Virus record (IMG/VR): IMGVR_UViG_3300021256_000075
Coordinates: 1-64,000 of that record
Strand: one strand, 5' to 3'
DNA length: 64,000 nucleotides
Source: a virus
Taxonomy: Duplodnaviria; Heunggongvirae; Uroviricota; Caudoviricetes
The translations under genes were made by a program, and so were the position numbers. Numbering within the stretch: the stretch's first letter is position 1; each line of letters begins with the position of its first letter. This document shows positions 1 through 9,701 of this stretch, in pieces. The notes beneath the pieces are model-generated. The model did not search any database. It worked only from the letters and a program-made list of their open reading frames with translations, and was not told where the DNA came from.

Positions 1-705
1 GCCACAAATATCTCGGCCACAGGCAGGCTTGTCGGAGGTAACTGGACGTTTGATACAAACGGCGGCAAGTATTCAGACTCTGATGGAAGAAAAGTGGTCA
101 TGGAAATTCTCCCAGGCGGTCGGGAGGCGGACGGCGCAGAGCTTGCGGATAATCCGTCAGAATATCGGGGTTATTTCCATGTGAGCAATTGTGATTCGCT
201 ATACGGGGATGACCTGAGTTACAGTCATAACGTGTTTATTCGTGGCAAACGAATCATCCTGATGGCTGGAAAGGATAACGAACAGAAAGCCATCATGGGA
301 CTGTTTAAGAGTGGTGAGGGATCTGGCACGCAGTTTTCTTTCTTCCCTTATACAGATTCGTGCGGGAATATCGGTTCATCAGTCAGACGATGGGATTATG
401 TGCGTGGCGCACATAATTACAGCACTTCATCATCCAGAAAGCGAAAAAAGAACATTCGGAGTATTGAAGATGCCGGTTCGATTATTGATGCACTTCAGCC
501 TGTAACGTTTGATTATAAATCAGACCACAGACATTCTGCTGGATTCATCCTGGAAGATGTGTATAAGGTGGATCCGCTGTTCTGCGATGTAAAAGGGGAT
601 GACTTTGAACATGGCGGACTTTTTTATGAGCAGTTCATCCCATACCTCGTCAAAGAGGTTCAGTCACTGAGAAGACGCATGAAAAAGATGGAGGAATCTG
701 CATGA
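1..705 (+). CDS. tail fiber protein, C-terminal part (ORF open from nt 1, continues upstream) with intramolecular-chaperone-like C-terminal domain
   Basis: No stop in frame 1 before the listed Met; C-terminus ...TFDYKSDHRHSAGFILEDVYKV...LVKEVQSLRRRMKKME resembles auto-cleaving chaperone (peptidase S74-type) domains of phage fibers. Confidence 0.45.
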   Translation, partial: ATNISATGRLVGGNWTFDTNGGKYSDSDGRKVVMEILPGGREADGAELADNPSEYRGYFHVSNCDSLYGDDLSYSHNVFIRGKRIILMAGKDNEQKAIMGLFKSGEGSGTQFSFFPYTDSCGNIGSSVRRWDYVRGAHNYSTSSSRKRKKNIRSIEDAGSIIDALQPVTFDYKSDHRHSAGFILEDVYKVDPLFCDVKGDDFEHGGLFYEQFIPYLVKEVQSLRRRMKKMEESA

Positions 706-920
706 TCAGAACAAAGGAAGAGGCTGTAAACGCACTGCAAACCGTTGCATCAACGCTTGACAGTCTGGGTGTACAGGGCGGAATGATGTGCTTTCGGGTC
801 GGAAACGCATACATGGCATGTCTGGATCTGAAGGACTATCTCCAGACGGTCGAAGATCCGATGCCGGAAGATGATCCATCCGAGGAGGATCCGGCAGAGG
901 ATGTCAAAAAGGAGGAATGA
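702..920 (+). CDS. hypothetical phage protein (72 aa, acidic C-terminus)
   Basis: ORF overlaps upstream stop (ATGA); sits in tail fiber gene block. Confidence 0.35.
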   Translation: MIRTKEEAVNALQTVASTLDSLGVQGGMMCFRVGNAYMACLDLKDYLQTVEDPMPEDDPSEEDPAEDVKKEE

Positions 921-926
921 TAGGTT

Positions 927-1955
927 GTGAACTCAGTTTTTTCATACAGAGCAACAATCGACCTCCGCACAAAGCAAAACGAAGTTTTCTGGGATACCAT
1001 TGCCAATGTCGGTGACAAAAGTGCACATCAGTTTGTACTCGATTTCATCGATGTGAACGGGAAGGATGTGGATCTGACCGGAGCGGTTGTCGGCCTGTAC
1101 TGTATACGACCTGATAATGAGACAGTGATCGTGGAAGGACATGTCGAAAATAACTGTGCGGTTGTTGCCCTGAATGATCAGTGCTATTCATACACGGGGC
1201 GGGTAAAGTGTACGGTCACCGTAAGTAAGGACGGGACGATGATCTCGGCGGTGCGGGTGTGGATCACGATTGGAATATCCAGCACGGATGCTATCGTGGA
1301 TCCGGGTGAGGTTATTCCTTCGCTTCCTGAACTGCTTGCGGAAATCGCTACGATGCGCCAGGCAACAGCGGCGGCCGCGCAAGCGGTTACGAATGCGAAC
1401 AATGCTGCAAGCAATGCTACGAGTGCCGCGTCACAGGCGGGTACGGCAGCACAGCGTGCGAATACCGCAGCAGGGACGGCAGATACGGCTGCCCAGAACG
1501 CCAATAGTGCTGCATCTGCCATTACAGGCATGACGGTATCGGCCACGAAGCTTCCTCCCGGATCGAATCCGACTGCGGCGATATCTGACGTAGACGGACA
1601 TAAGCATGTTGCTTTCGGGCTGGTCACCGGTGATACGGGTCCAAAGGGAGATTTCTCCAGGGTGGAATCCACAACCGTTTACTACCAGAACAGTCAGGAC
1701 GGAAGCACGATTCCGACAGGAACATGGCTGCCGGAACAGCCGGCAACTCCACAGGGCTACTTCCTGTGGATGAAGATTCACCGTGTCTGGACAAGCGGCC
1801 AGGCGACTGATGATTACAGCGTGAGCCGGATGGGAATGGACGGAACAGGATCTGTCCGGTCCGTCATGAACATTTCCCCGGATGACGGAGGAAACATCAG
1901 CCTGCAGGCGGCCGTCTCTGTCAGTGCGGATACGCTGCGTCTGACGTTTACGTAA
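927..1955 (+). CDS. tail/baseplate protein with BppU-like N-terminal domain and Ala/Thr/Asn-rich repeat stalk
   Basis: GTG start after RBS aaggagg; N-terminal pattern resembles baseplate upper protein N-domain; central AAQAVTNANNAASNATSAA low-complexity coiled stalk. Confidence 0.45.
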   Translation: MNSVFSYRATIDLRTKQNEVFWDTIANVGDKSAHQFVLDFIDVNGKDVDLTGAVVGLYCIRPDNETVIVEGHVENNCAVVALNDQCYSYTGRVKCTVTVSKDGTMISAVRVWITIGISSTDAIVDPGEVIPSLPELLAEIATMRQATAAAAQAVTNANNAASNATSAASQAGTAAQRANTAAGTADTAAQNANSAASAITGMTVSATKLPPGSNPTAAISDVDGHKHVAFGLVTGDTGPKGDFSRVESTTVYYQNSQDGSTIPTGTWLPEQPATPQGYFLWMKIHRVWTSGQATDDYSVSRMGMDGTGSVRSVMNISPDDGGNISLQAAVSVSADTLRLTFT

Positions 1956-1973
1956 TGGGGGAGGTGATGCACA

Positions 1974-2513
1974 ATGGGAAACGTCATGATCATAAAATAC
2001 AATGGATCAAGCTCGTATCGCGGATCGGTTCTTTACCAGTACGACTACGGGCAAAGGATTGTGTTTGAAGGTTTCAACCTTCCGGATACGTATGAGGTAC
2101 ATTTTGCCAATACTTTTCGCAACGGCTTCACTCACACCGTACTTGGTGACAAGGACGGTGTAATGATTCCGGATGCCTGTCTCCTGACAGGGAAAGAGAT
2201 CTATGTATGGATTTTTCTGCATGAGACAGCGGAAGACGGTGAAACGGTCTATCATATCCAGATCCCGGTTATCAGCCGGCCATACATCAGCAATGCGGAG
2301 CCAACGCCGGTACAGCAGAACATCATCACGCAGGCAATTGCCGTATTGCGTGAGGCTTCAAGCACGTCAAAAAAGGCGAAGGAAGATGCGGAAGCAGCAG
2401 CAGAGAGGGCAGAGAGTACAGCGGAGGATCTTATCAGGGTCATTACCGAGCAGGGAATAACCTTTGATGAGGGGACGCTGGATGATTTACCAGATGATGG
2501 AGGTGGCTCGTAA
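1974..2513 (+). CDS. hypothetical tail-associated protein
   Basis: ORF in fiber operon, RBS gggaggtg upstream. Confidence 0.4.
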   Translation: MGNVMIIKYNGSSSYRGSVLYQYDYGQRIVFEGFNLPDTYEVHFANTFRNGFTHTVLGDKDGVMIPDACLLTGKEIYVWIFLHETAEDGETVYHIQIPVISRPYISNAEPTPVQQNIITQAIAVLREASSTSKKAKEDAEAAAERAESTAEDLIRVITEQGITFDEGTLDDLPDDGGGS

Positions 2514-2866
2514 TGGCTTTGGGAGCTGCATGGAGACCTTTGCGGGGAACCACTGCTCAGTGGAATGCGAGGCCTTCATTTATTCCGGAGGATGGGCAGG
2601 TAATTGCCTATACGGATTATCGGGCGAAGATTGAGGAAGACGGTACGACAAAGCTGGTTGCCGGATTTAAGTTTGGGGATGGAAAGACATACGCCATCGA
2701 TCTTCCCTTCGTCAACGAAAGTGTTGCTACTCAGATCGAAGAAGAACTGAGGGCGCACACATCAAATGAGAAGATTCACGTCTCACCAACCGACAGGAAC
2801 AGGTGGGACGGGAAGCTTAACTCCACTATCCGTGGAGAGACGTTGGTACTTTCGAACGACCTGTGA
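2513..2866 (+). CDS. hypothetical tail-associated protein
   Basis: ORF start overlaps stop of upstream gene. Confidence 0.4.
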   Translation: MALGAAWRPLRGTTAQWNARPSFIPEDGQVIAYTDYRAKIEEDGTTKLVAGFKFGDGKTYAIDLPFVNESVATQIEEELRAHTSNEKIHVSPTDRNRWDGKLNSTIRGETLVLSNDL

Positions 2867-2886
2867 GAAAAAGGAGTGGTATCACA

Positions 2887-4110
2887 ATGGCTGAAATCAG
2901 CAAAATTCAACTTCCCAGCGGTAGTATTTATGACATTAAGGACTCGGTAGCCCGTGAGATGGCGGCCGGCACCATCCACCTTGTGGAAGGTACCTGCACA
3001 ACGCCTCTTGTGGACAAGGCGACCACAAACCCGATCATCATCGATGACGAATCCTATACGGCAAAAAAGGCCGATGCGGTCATCTACAACAACAAAGAGT
3101 TCGTCTTTGATGGGACGCAGTGGCACGAGTTTGGTGACCTGACGGGTCTCGGATCTCTCGCGTTCAAGAACAGCGCATCCGGATCCTTCACCCCTGAAGG
3201 CACGGTCAGCCAGCCGACCTTCACGGGCGAGGAAATGACCTCGACCGGCACTGTTGCCGCAACAGGCACGGTTTCCCAGCCGACATTCACGGGCGATGAG
3301 ATGACCAGCACCGGATCTGTCACGGCAGCCGGCACGGTCAGCCAGCCCACCTTCACCGGTGACGAGATGACCAGTACGGGTACTTTCCAGCCCACTGGTA
3401 CGGTCAGCCAGCCGACCTTTGAGGGTGCGCAGGGCAACGTCTCTGTCAGCGGTACTCCTGCCGGAAGCATCGGGGTTGGTACAGGAACGGCGAACTATAC
3501 GCCTGCCGGAACGGTGTCTGCACCGAACATCTCGGTTACGCCCACAAAGGACAACACCGGCTATATGGCCAGCAGTGCTACAGGCGGTGGCGTGGTGACG
3601 GCTGGTACGGCTGCGCAGGCAACGATGCCCGAACTCGCTATGTCGGTCGAAAACGAGACCCTGTCGCTGAACTGGACGGCGGGATCCTTCACGCCGAACA
3701 CGCCGACCGCTGTTACTCTGCCGACCTTTGCTGCGAAGGAGGTTGTCACTGACATTGAGTCTGCGACCGCATCTGTTCCGACCTTCACGGGAACTGGCGT
3801 GGATCTGGAGTTTACAGGCACTGCCATGAACTCTACCGGAAAGTTCACTCCGGAAGGCACGGTTTCTCAGCCCACCTTCAGCGGAAACACGGGCAATGTG
3901 TCCGTATCCGGAACGCCGGAAGGCACGGTTTCCCAGCCGACCTTCACCGGATCTGCTGCGGCTGTTTCCGTCACCGGCACTCCGGCTGGCACGGTTTCTC
4001 AGCCCACGTTCACCGGAACGGAAGCACCTGTTTCTGTCAAGGGAACTCCCACCGGCGATGTCAGCCAGCCCACCTTCACCGGTACTGCCGGAAACGTCAC
4101 CGTATCCTGA
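2887..4110 (+). CDS. tail fiber protein with about 8 tandem GTVSQPTF(T/S)G repeats
   Basis: RBS aaaggag before ATG 2887; about 60-nt tandem repeats at 3180-3420 and 3840-4100 in protein and DNA. Confidence 0.5.
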   Translation: MAEISKIQLPSGSIYDIKDSVAREMAAGTIHLVEGTCTTPLVDKATTNPIIIDDESYTAKKADAVIYNNKEFVFDGTQWHEFGDLTGLGSLAFKNSASGSFTPEGTVSQPTFTGEEMTSTGTVAATGTVSQPTFTGDEMTSTGSVTAAGTVSQPTFTGDEMTSTGTFQPTGTVSQPTFEGAQGNVSVSGTPAGSIGVGTGTANYTPAGTVSAPNISVTPTKDNTGYMASSATGGGVVTAGTAAQATMPELAMSVENETLSLNWTAGSFTPNTPTAVTLPTFAAKEVVTDIESATASVPTFTGTGVDLEFTGTAMNSTGKFTPEGTVSQPTFSGNTGNVSVSGTPEGTVSQPTFTGSAAAVSVTGTPAGTVSQPTFTGTEAPVSVKGTPTGDVSQPTFTGTAGNVTVS

Positions 4111-4187
4111 TAAGACCGGACAATATGAACAGGAGAGCGATGCCTTACGGCATCCTCTCCTGATTTTTATGAAAGAGGAGGGTAGAG

Positions 4188-5333
4188 ATGGCAGGAAAAC
4201 TCAGGCATATTGCCGTTGGAAACAACACATACGATCTCCAGGGCGGCAATCTGCGGATCTTTTACGGGACGTGTTCTACCGGTGCTGCTGCACAAACAAA
4301 AGTAGTGAACATCGCAGAGGTGTCGGTGCTTGAAACGGGCGATGTCTTTTACATCAAAATGACAAACGCCCAGACATACAACGGAGTTCCCAAGCTGCAG
4401 ATTAACAGTCTGGCAGCCAAGAACATTACAAGAACGGGATCTGTAAACGCAGCCAGGTATGAATGGAACGCAGGGGAGATCCTTGAATTTCTCTATGACG
4501 GAACATCCATGGTCCTGGTGGACGGAGCCATCGCTAATACTACTTATTATGGGCTTACAAAGCTCTCCAGCGCAGTCAACAGCAGCAGCGAGGACATTGC
4601 CGCCACACCAAAAGCCGTTAAGGCGGCGTACGATAAAGCGACCACTTCGATGTCCGGAGCAACTGCCACACAACCTGGCGCAGCCGGAATCGTTCCACAG
4701 CCCGTTGCCGGAGACCAGGTGAAGTTCCTGAGGGGCGACGGAAAGTGGGTAGAGAACAGTGGATCTGTTCTGACTGTAAACGGTGTCTCGCCGGACATCT
4801 CAAAAAATGTGCAGATCGATGCGGATGATATCGGTCAGAGTGCCATCACAGAGACTGGAGTGGATACGGTAAACGATGCTCTGGCTCATCAAGCCACAAA
4901 GATTACGAACTTAGGACCTGTAAACAACCTGACGAGCGACAGCACGACTGCGGCACTCTCAGCGGCGCAGGGAAAGGCACTAAATGAGCGACTTTCCAAC
5001 TTAGAAACTCCTCAATCGACTTACTATGTTTCACTTGCTACGGTTACAGGTGCTGTCGGAGATGGGTCTATTAGTATTTGCAAGATTGGGCGCCTTGCTT
5101 TTATGGTCATGAATTTTATACTATCTAGTAGTATGCCTCATGGTATACTTCTAACCGTACCTGATAGCCTTCGACCATATGCTGGGTTTACTTTTGGTAC
5201 TTTTTGCGCGCAAGGTATCAACTCAGTACCCGGATATTTCGAACTTAATTCTGACGGGCAATTAATTTGTTACGACAGTCCCACTACTGATATATGGTGT
5301 AACTTTTGTACAATGTATATTACAGCTAACTAG
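4188..5333 (+). CDS. tail fiber protein (Phage_fiber_2-type repeat)
   Basis: Motif TTYYGLTKLSSAVNSSSEDIAATPKAVKAAYD and FLRGDGKW typical of phage tail fiber repeats; AT-rich C-terminal tip. Confidence 0.6.
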   Translation: MAGKLRHIAVGNNTYDLQGGNLRIFYGTCSTGAAAQTKVVNIAEVSVLETGDVFYIKMTNAQTYNGVPKLQINSLAAKNITRTGSVNAARYEWNAGEILEFLYDGTSMVLVDGAIANTTYYGLTKLSSAVNSSSEDIAATPKAVKAAYDKATTSMSGATATQPGAAGIVPQPVAGDQVKFLRGDGKWVENSGSVLTVNGVSPDISKNVQIDADDIGQSAITETGVDTVNDALAHQATKITNLGPVNNLTSDSTTAALSAAQGKALNERLSNLETPQSTYYVSLATVTGAVGDGSISICKIGRLAFMVMNFILSSSMPHGILLTVPDSLRPYAGFTFGTFCAQGINSVPGYFELNSDGQLICYDSPTTDIWCNFCTMYITAN

Positions 5334-5346
5334 GAGGAGAAAATAA

Positions 5347-5589
5347 ATGAATAACAAGTATTTCATGCATAAAACGCGAATGGCAGGCAACGAAGTAATT
5401 GATAAAAGTACAGAGGCGCATGACACATACGACTCTGCAAAACAATCCATGCATGCATATCTTGGCGCATATGGTTATGGTCACGATAAAGACATAACGT
5501 TTGTACAGGCCTTTATCACTGACAAAACAACCCATCAGCCTCTCATGGGTGAAACTTGGAACGCACCTGCTGAAACACCCGAAGCTTAA
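5347..5589 (+). CDS. hypothetical protein (80 aa)
   Basis: ORF with RBS aggagg; AT-rich region. Confidence 0.3.
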   Translation: MNNKYFMHKTRMAGNEVIDKSTEAHDTYDSAKQSMHAYLGAYGYGHDKDITFVQAFITDKTTHQPLMGETWNAPAETPEA

Positions 5590-5737
5590 TTACCAATTGA
5601 AAGATGATGCATAGATGACGGTACAGGCACTCATCGCCAATTTATCGGAGAGTCCATGACGGATAGAGGGTAAGAAAGGTTCTCAAAACACCGACTCGGT
5701 AAAATGCTCAATGCGCAAAAAAATCTCGTAAAACATA

Positions 5738-5766
5738 TTGACAATTATAATATATTTGTATATTAT
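5738..5766 (+). promoter_or_regulatory. sigma-70 type promoter upstream of lysis cassette A
   Basis: TTGACA-17bp-TATTAT. Confidence 0.45.
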
Positions 5767-5967
5767 AGCCTCATGCGGATGTTGAATATAGGGGGATCCT
5801 TAAGGTTCTCCCTTTTCGCATTGGTTACCAACTTGGAGGACGAAAGAATGAGCAGAAAAAATGGCCCATACATAATACCGACAGAGCGGATGACAATTCA
5901 TGCAATCGAACCATCTATTAAGGATCCAGGCAGAAAAAGGAAGTCCCACAGAGAGAGAAGGATCAAA

Positions 5968-6054
5968 ATGATCGCAACTGGGATTGCATTCTTTATGCTT
6001 GGCACGCTTCTGGTTGGATTTATGCTTGCAGTTTTTGCGGCTGTCGGAATTTGA
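5968..6054 (+). CDS. small single-TM peptide (28 aa) immediately upstream of endolysin A
   Basis: atg 5968 after RBS agaaggat; MIATGIAFFMLGTLLVGFMLAVFAAVGI; analogous peptide precedes endolysin B. Confidence 0.3.
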   Translation: MIATGIAFFMLGTLLVGFMLAVFAAVGI

Positions 6055-6064
6055 CAGAAGGAAG

Positions 6065-6895
6065 GTGGTAACCATCGCCACGATTAGCCTGGATAAATTT
6101 CTTGAATGCCTGAAAGAGAATGCGGCACGCATTAAAGACTATGATTACGGACATGACGGAAGTGATGGTACTAGCGACTGCGTGGGCTATGTTATCGGTG
6201 CGCTGAGGCTCGCCGGTATCAACTATAAGGGGACACACGGGAGCAATTATTTTGAGAGAAAGTGCACGATTGACGTCCATCGTGTAACAAACGCAGATCA
6301 GCTGGAGCTTGGGGAGGTTGTCTACAAGGCGTATGAGCCAGGTGAATCCGGGTGGGATCTTCCCAGCAGTTACTTCAGAGATCCTGATCAGAACGATTAT
6401 TATCACATCGGCGTTGTGACGAGTGTGAATCCGCCGGTCATCTCGCATTGTTCAACCGGCGGCATGCACTATGACAACAGTCTTGGAAAATGGAAGTACG
6501 CCGGATGGTGTATATATGTACAGGGAGGGAAAATCTTGAAACCGCCATATATTGCCAGTGTAATCACCCAGAAGGGATCTCTCAACATCCGCTCGGGCCC
6601 CGGAACGGAGTATCCGAAGATCGGGAGCGTTCCGAAAGGTGCATCTGTCACGGTCAAGACACACCGGGAAGAGTGGGATTTTATCGAGTATGCCAATACC
6701 CAGGGGTATGTAAGCAATCAGTACCTGCAGCCGATAAAAGAAATTCCGGATGATCCGACACCTACGCCGGAACCGGATCCGGAAGATCCGACAATGATTA
6801 TTCTGAAGATCCCGGCTGAAACAGCACGGATGTGGGCAGAGGTACTCAGCCAAATTGTGGCTGTACTAAACGAGGGAAAAACCAATGGAGACTAG
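6065..6895 (+). CDS. endolysin: NlpC/P60-like cysteine peptidase domain plus C-terminal SH3b domain
   Basis: Catalytic-Cys context SDCVGYV; C-terminal GSLNIRSGPGTEYPKIGSVPKGASVTV SH3b pattern; homolog of CDS 44265-45077; start uncertain (GTG 6065 or upstream TTG 5984). Confidence 0.55.
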   Translation: MVTIATISLDKFLECLKENAARIKDYDYGHDGSDGTSDCVGYVIGALRLAGINYKGTHGSNYFERKCTIDVHRVTNADQLELGEVVYKAYEPGESGWDLPSSYFRDPDQNDYYHIGVVTSVNPPVISHCSTGGMHYDNSLGKWKYAGWCIYVQGGKILKPPYIASVITQKGSLNIRSGPGTEYPKIGSVPKGASVTVKTHREEWDFIEYANTQGYVSNQYLQPIKEIPDDPTPTPEPDPEDPTMIILKIPAETARMWAEVLSQIVAVLNEGKTNGD

Positions 6896-7145
6896 TGTTA
6901 TGGCAGCTGTCATCAGCGTTGTCGGATCGATCATCGTGGCAATGATATCCTTCTACGCCAACCGAAAGGGTGCGAAAGAAGCATCGGAAACCAATGCCAA
7001 ACTGATTGCTTACAGGATACAGGAACTCGAAAAAAAGCAGGATAAACATAACAGCATGATTGAAAGAACCTTCAATCTGGAAGGAAAAATGACCGAAGTG
7101 GAGCACGATATACGCGACATCAAAAGGAGGATGGAACTGTCATGA
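6885..7145 (+). CDS. lysis-cassette membrane protein (N-terminal TM helix plus coiled coil; XhlA-like/holin accessory)
   Basis: Homolog of 45074-45325; between lysin and holin in both cassettes. Confidence 0.45.
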   Translation: METSVMAAVISVVGSIIVAMISFYANRKGAKEASETNAKLIAYRIQELEKKQDKHNSMIERTFNLEGKMTEVEHDIRDIKRRMELS

Positions 7146-7420
7146 TAAACTGGGACGTACGGTGGAAAAACAAAACCTTCTGGATTACGATAATTCCAGC
7201 GATTATTCTGCTGGTGCAGGCTGTAGCTGGGCTTTTCGGCTTTGAACTGGAGCTCTCTGAGCTGCAGGAAAAGCTCCTGGTGGTTGTTAACGCCGTCTTT
7301 GGAGTCCTCGTGATTCTGGGTGTTGTGGTGGATCCGACTACGCACGGCGTAAACGACAGCGTACGGGCGCTTGGATACAAAGAACCCTGGAAAGATGACG
7401 ATGTTCAGGATGCAAAGTAA
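7142..7420 (+). CDS. holin, phi LC3 family
   Basis: Two TM helices and C-terminal VVDPTTHGVNDS motif characteristic of the phi LC3 holin family; ATGA overlap with upstream gene. Confidence 0.65.
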   Translation: MINWDVRWKNKTFWITIIPAIILLVQAVAGLFGFELELSELQEKLLVVVNAVFGVLVILGVVVDPTTHGVNDSVRALGYKEPWKDDDVQDAK

Positions 7421-7474
7421 GATTGACCTTTTCTGCACCTGACAGAAAACTATATGCAGACAGGAGTTGTGAAA

Positions 7475-7750
7475 ATGGAAGAGAAAGAGATCCAGATTTC
7501 GTACATCGTTCATGAGTCAGAAGTAGCCAGGCTGGAACGGGTCATCCGAAGGCTGTGGATTCTCTGCATCATCATATTCGTTGCATTGATCGCAACAAAC
7601 GCAGCCTGGATCTGGTACGAGTCCAGGTACATTGATGAAGTTGTGACCGAAACATACACGGCCGATACAGATGGAGGCGGGACGGCAATCGCAAACGGAG
7701 AAGGAAGTGTTGTGATCAATGGCGACAGCAACGAGAACAAAAGTAACTAA
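7475..7750 (+). CDS. cassette protein 1: small single-TM protein
   Basis: RBS aggag 7 nt before ATG 7475; homolog of 52555-52830 (HESEVARLER...LWILCIIIF...VVTETYTA). Confidence 0.45.
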   Translation: MEEKEIQISYIVHESEVARLERVIRRLWILCIIIFVALIATNAAWIWYESRYIDEVVTETYTADTDGGGTAIANGEGSVVINGDSNENKSN

Positions 7751-7936
7751 GACCAGAATCCTGAAGGGCGGTAAAAATACAAGAAAGTGCAATATATGCC
7801 ATGGTAGAGGTTATATTGTCACGAAGAAGTAGATGAAAAAATATCGCCACAAGGACAGCGGGTTGCAAACCGTTTCTTACATTCCTATGCATGTAAGATT
7901 ACTTGTGGCGATTTTGTAAGCATAGGAGAAATAATT

Positions 7937-8800
7937 ATGGGAACAAAGAATTCTCACAAATACAAAGATATTGATTTGACAGGGAAAAGACACGAAAGAT
8001 TAACGGTCATATCAAAATCAAAGAATGGAAGAAGCAGGTATATTTGCAAATGTGACTGTGGTAACGTAATAGAATTGCCTGCTCATAGATTTTTTGATTA
8101 TAAGTCATGTGGATGTCTCGAAAAAGAAAACAAAACACAGCTCACCAAATACACACGAACTCACGGAATGACGGAGACGAAACTGTACAAAACATGGTGT
8201 GGGATAAAGGCAAGGTGTAACAATCCAAACACACCTCACTATGAGCGATATGGCGGAAGAGGAATTTCAGTATGTGACGAATGGATGAATTCATTTGAAG
8301 ATTTCAGAGACTGGGCATTTTCTGCCGGGTATCAGGAAAACGATTCATGCAAAAAACTTAGTATAGACAGAATCAATCCGAACGGGAACTACGAGCCTTC
8401 GAATTGCAGGTGGATAACAACAAAAGAGCAGTCACGCAATAGAGAAAACTCACGTTATATTTCCGTAAATAACGAAATGATACCATTGGAACAATTTGCA
8501 GAAGAAGAAAAAATACCTGGTTATTTTATCAGACGTAGACTTGAAAAAGGTCAATCATCAGACGAAATAATCCATGACTGGAAAATGTTGCACGAAACCC
8601 CGCAGGGTTACATGGACATTCGGGATGCAATGAAATATTACAATGTATGTTATGTAACAATTTTAAAGTGGATAAAATCAGGTTTGCTTAAAGCCGAAAG
8701 ATACGGCCAGAAATGGTACATACCAAATGGCCAATCGGTGAAAAACGAGAGTGAAGGAAGAGACACATATGGGAGATTCATCAAAGGACATAATCACTAA
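7937..8800 (+). CDS. AP2/HNH-related DNA-binding protein with C-terminal HTH (homing-endonuclease-like insertion)
   Basis: Motifs GKRHERLTVI...CKCDCG, YERYGGRGISVCDEW, IDRINPNGNYEPSNCRWIT; absent from the second cassette copy; AT-rich. Confidence 0.45.
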   Translation: MGTKNSHKYKDIDLTGKRHERLTVISKSKNGRSRYICKCDCGNVIELPAHRFFDYKSCGCLEKENKTQLTKYTRTHGMTETKLYKTWCGIKARCNNPNTPHYERYGGRGISVCDEWMNSFEDFRDWAFSAGYQENDSCKKLSIDRINPNGNYEPSNCRWITTKEQSRNRENSRYISVNNEMIPLEQFAEEEKIPGYFIRRRLEKGQSSDEIIHDWKMLHETPQGYMDIRDAMKYYNVCYVTILKWIKSGLLKAERYGQKWYIPNGQSVKNESEGRDTYGRFIKGHNH

Positions 8801-8824
8801 AATATTTGCAAGGCGGATCAGAAA

Positions 8825-9040
8825 GTGAAACCGGAAGAGCTGAACCTTTCTGTCGCAGATCTGTCTTCGCTGATTGACCAGTGGATCTTCAGTTCAAGAG
8901 ATCGGGCAATCCTGAAGAGGAGATACTGTGACGGAATCACCTATGCGAGGATCGCAGAGGAGTTCGACATGAGCGACAGGCAGATCGTACGGATCTGCTA
9001 TAAACAGTTTGAAAGAGTTATTCAGCACGCAGAAAAGTGA
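8825..9040 (+). CDS. cassette protein 2: sigma-70 region-4-only protein (putative transcription regulator)
   Basis: RDRAILKRRYCDGITYARIAEEFDMSDRQIVRI matches sigma-70 region 4.2 HTH; GTG start; homolog 52903-53118. Confidence 0.45.
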   Translation: MKPEELNLSVADLSSLIDQWIFSSRDRAILKRRYCDGITYARIAEEFDMSDRQIVRICYKQFERVIQHAEK

Positions 9041-9046
9041 ATGACA

Positions 9047-9095
9047 AAGAGGTCTTGCAGGATGCGAAAAGTCCTGTGAGACCTCTTTTTTTCGT
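9047..9095 (+). terminator. rho-independent terminator
   Basis: agaggtct...agacctct stem followed by T7. Confidence 0.5.
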
Positions 9096-9119
9096 TCTGC
9101 AATTTTTTTTAAAAACCTA

Positions 9120-9148
9120 TTGACACAATACGTTAATAGGGTTATAAT
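9120..9148 (+). promoter_or_regulatory. strong sigma-70 promoter (moron)
   Basis: TTGACA-17-TATAAT; near-identical copy at 9702-9730 with a similar leader. Confidence 0.55.
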
Positions 9149-9196
9149 GTGCACATAAGGTCAAGCGAACGAAACGACACACAGGAGGGCGCAAAA

Positions 9197-9427
9197 ATGA
9201 AGATGTATCAGATCGTAGAACAGGGCAGAGGACTCAACGAGTCCTATATGCTCGGCTTTGACAGCGATGCCGAACTTGGCAGATATCTCCACGGCAAGGA
9301 GGCAATGTCTGAGATAAAGAACTACTCCATCGTAGCCTGGAGCGTCCGCGATGACGGCGCCGGCTATGTGGATGTTGAAAGGTACTGGAGATGGAATGCA
9401 ATCCACAAAGCCATGGGGATTGCATGA
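9197..9427 (+). CDS. hypothetical moron protein (76 aa)
   Basis: RBS acaggaggg; own promoter and downstream terminator-less spacer. Confidence 0.4.
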   Translation: MKMYQIVEQGRGLNESYMLGFDSDAELGRYLHGKEAMSEIKNYSIVAWSVRDDGAGYVDVERYWRWNAIHKAMGIA

Positions 9428-9496
9428 CCCGTCTGAATCAGACAGGCCGAGCCTGAGCGGCTAATCTCCGGCAGAAAGAAGGAGAACGTGGATACA

Positions 9497-9661
9497 ATGA
9501 AAAAATGGTACGCAACAGTAACGCGGGAGGACGGCACCCAGTTCGAGATTGGCGGATATTCTGAAAAAGAAATCCAGAAGGATTTGAGAGACATCCACAG
9601 GACAGGTTTTGCTGATCTGGACAAGGCAAGCGTGGAAGTGTACAGCATCAGCATATTCTAA
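9497..9661 (+). CDS. hypothetical small protein (54 aa)
   Basis: RBS aaggagaacg; ATG 9497; not in ORF track (<60 aa). Confidence 0.3.
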   Translation: MKKWYATVTREDGTQFEIGGYSEKEIQKDLRDIHRTGFADLDKASVEVYSISIF

Positions 9662-9701
9662 TCCGGCCAAAAAGAAATTTCAGAAATTTTAAAATTCCAT
9701 G

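Noticed and set aside
5704-6054. 116-aa ORF upstream of endolysin A
   Set aside because: It spans the lysin promoter. Only the C-terminal 28-aa TM peptide has an RBS and a counterpart at the second lysin, and the rest is likely non-coding.
6885-7145. Confident XhlA haemolysin assignment
   Set aside because: The topology here is N-terminal TM plus C-terminal coiled coil, which I cannot verify against XhlA without a search. It is kept as a lysis-associated membrane protein only.
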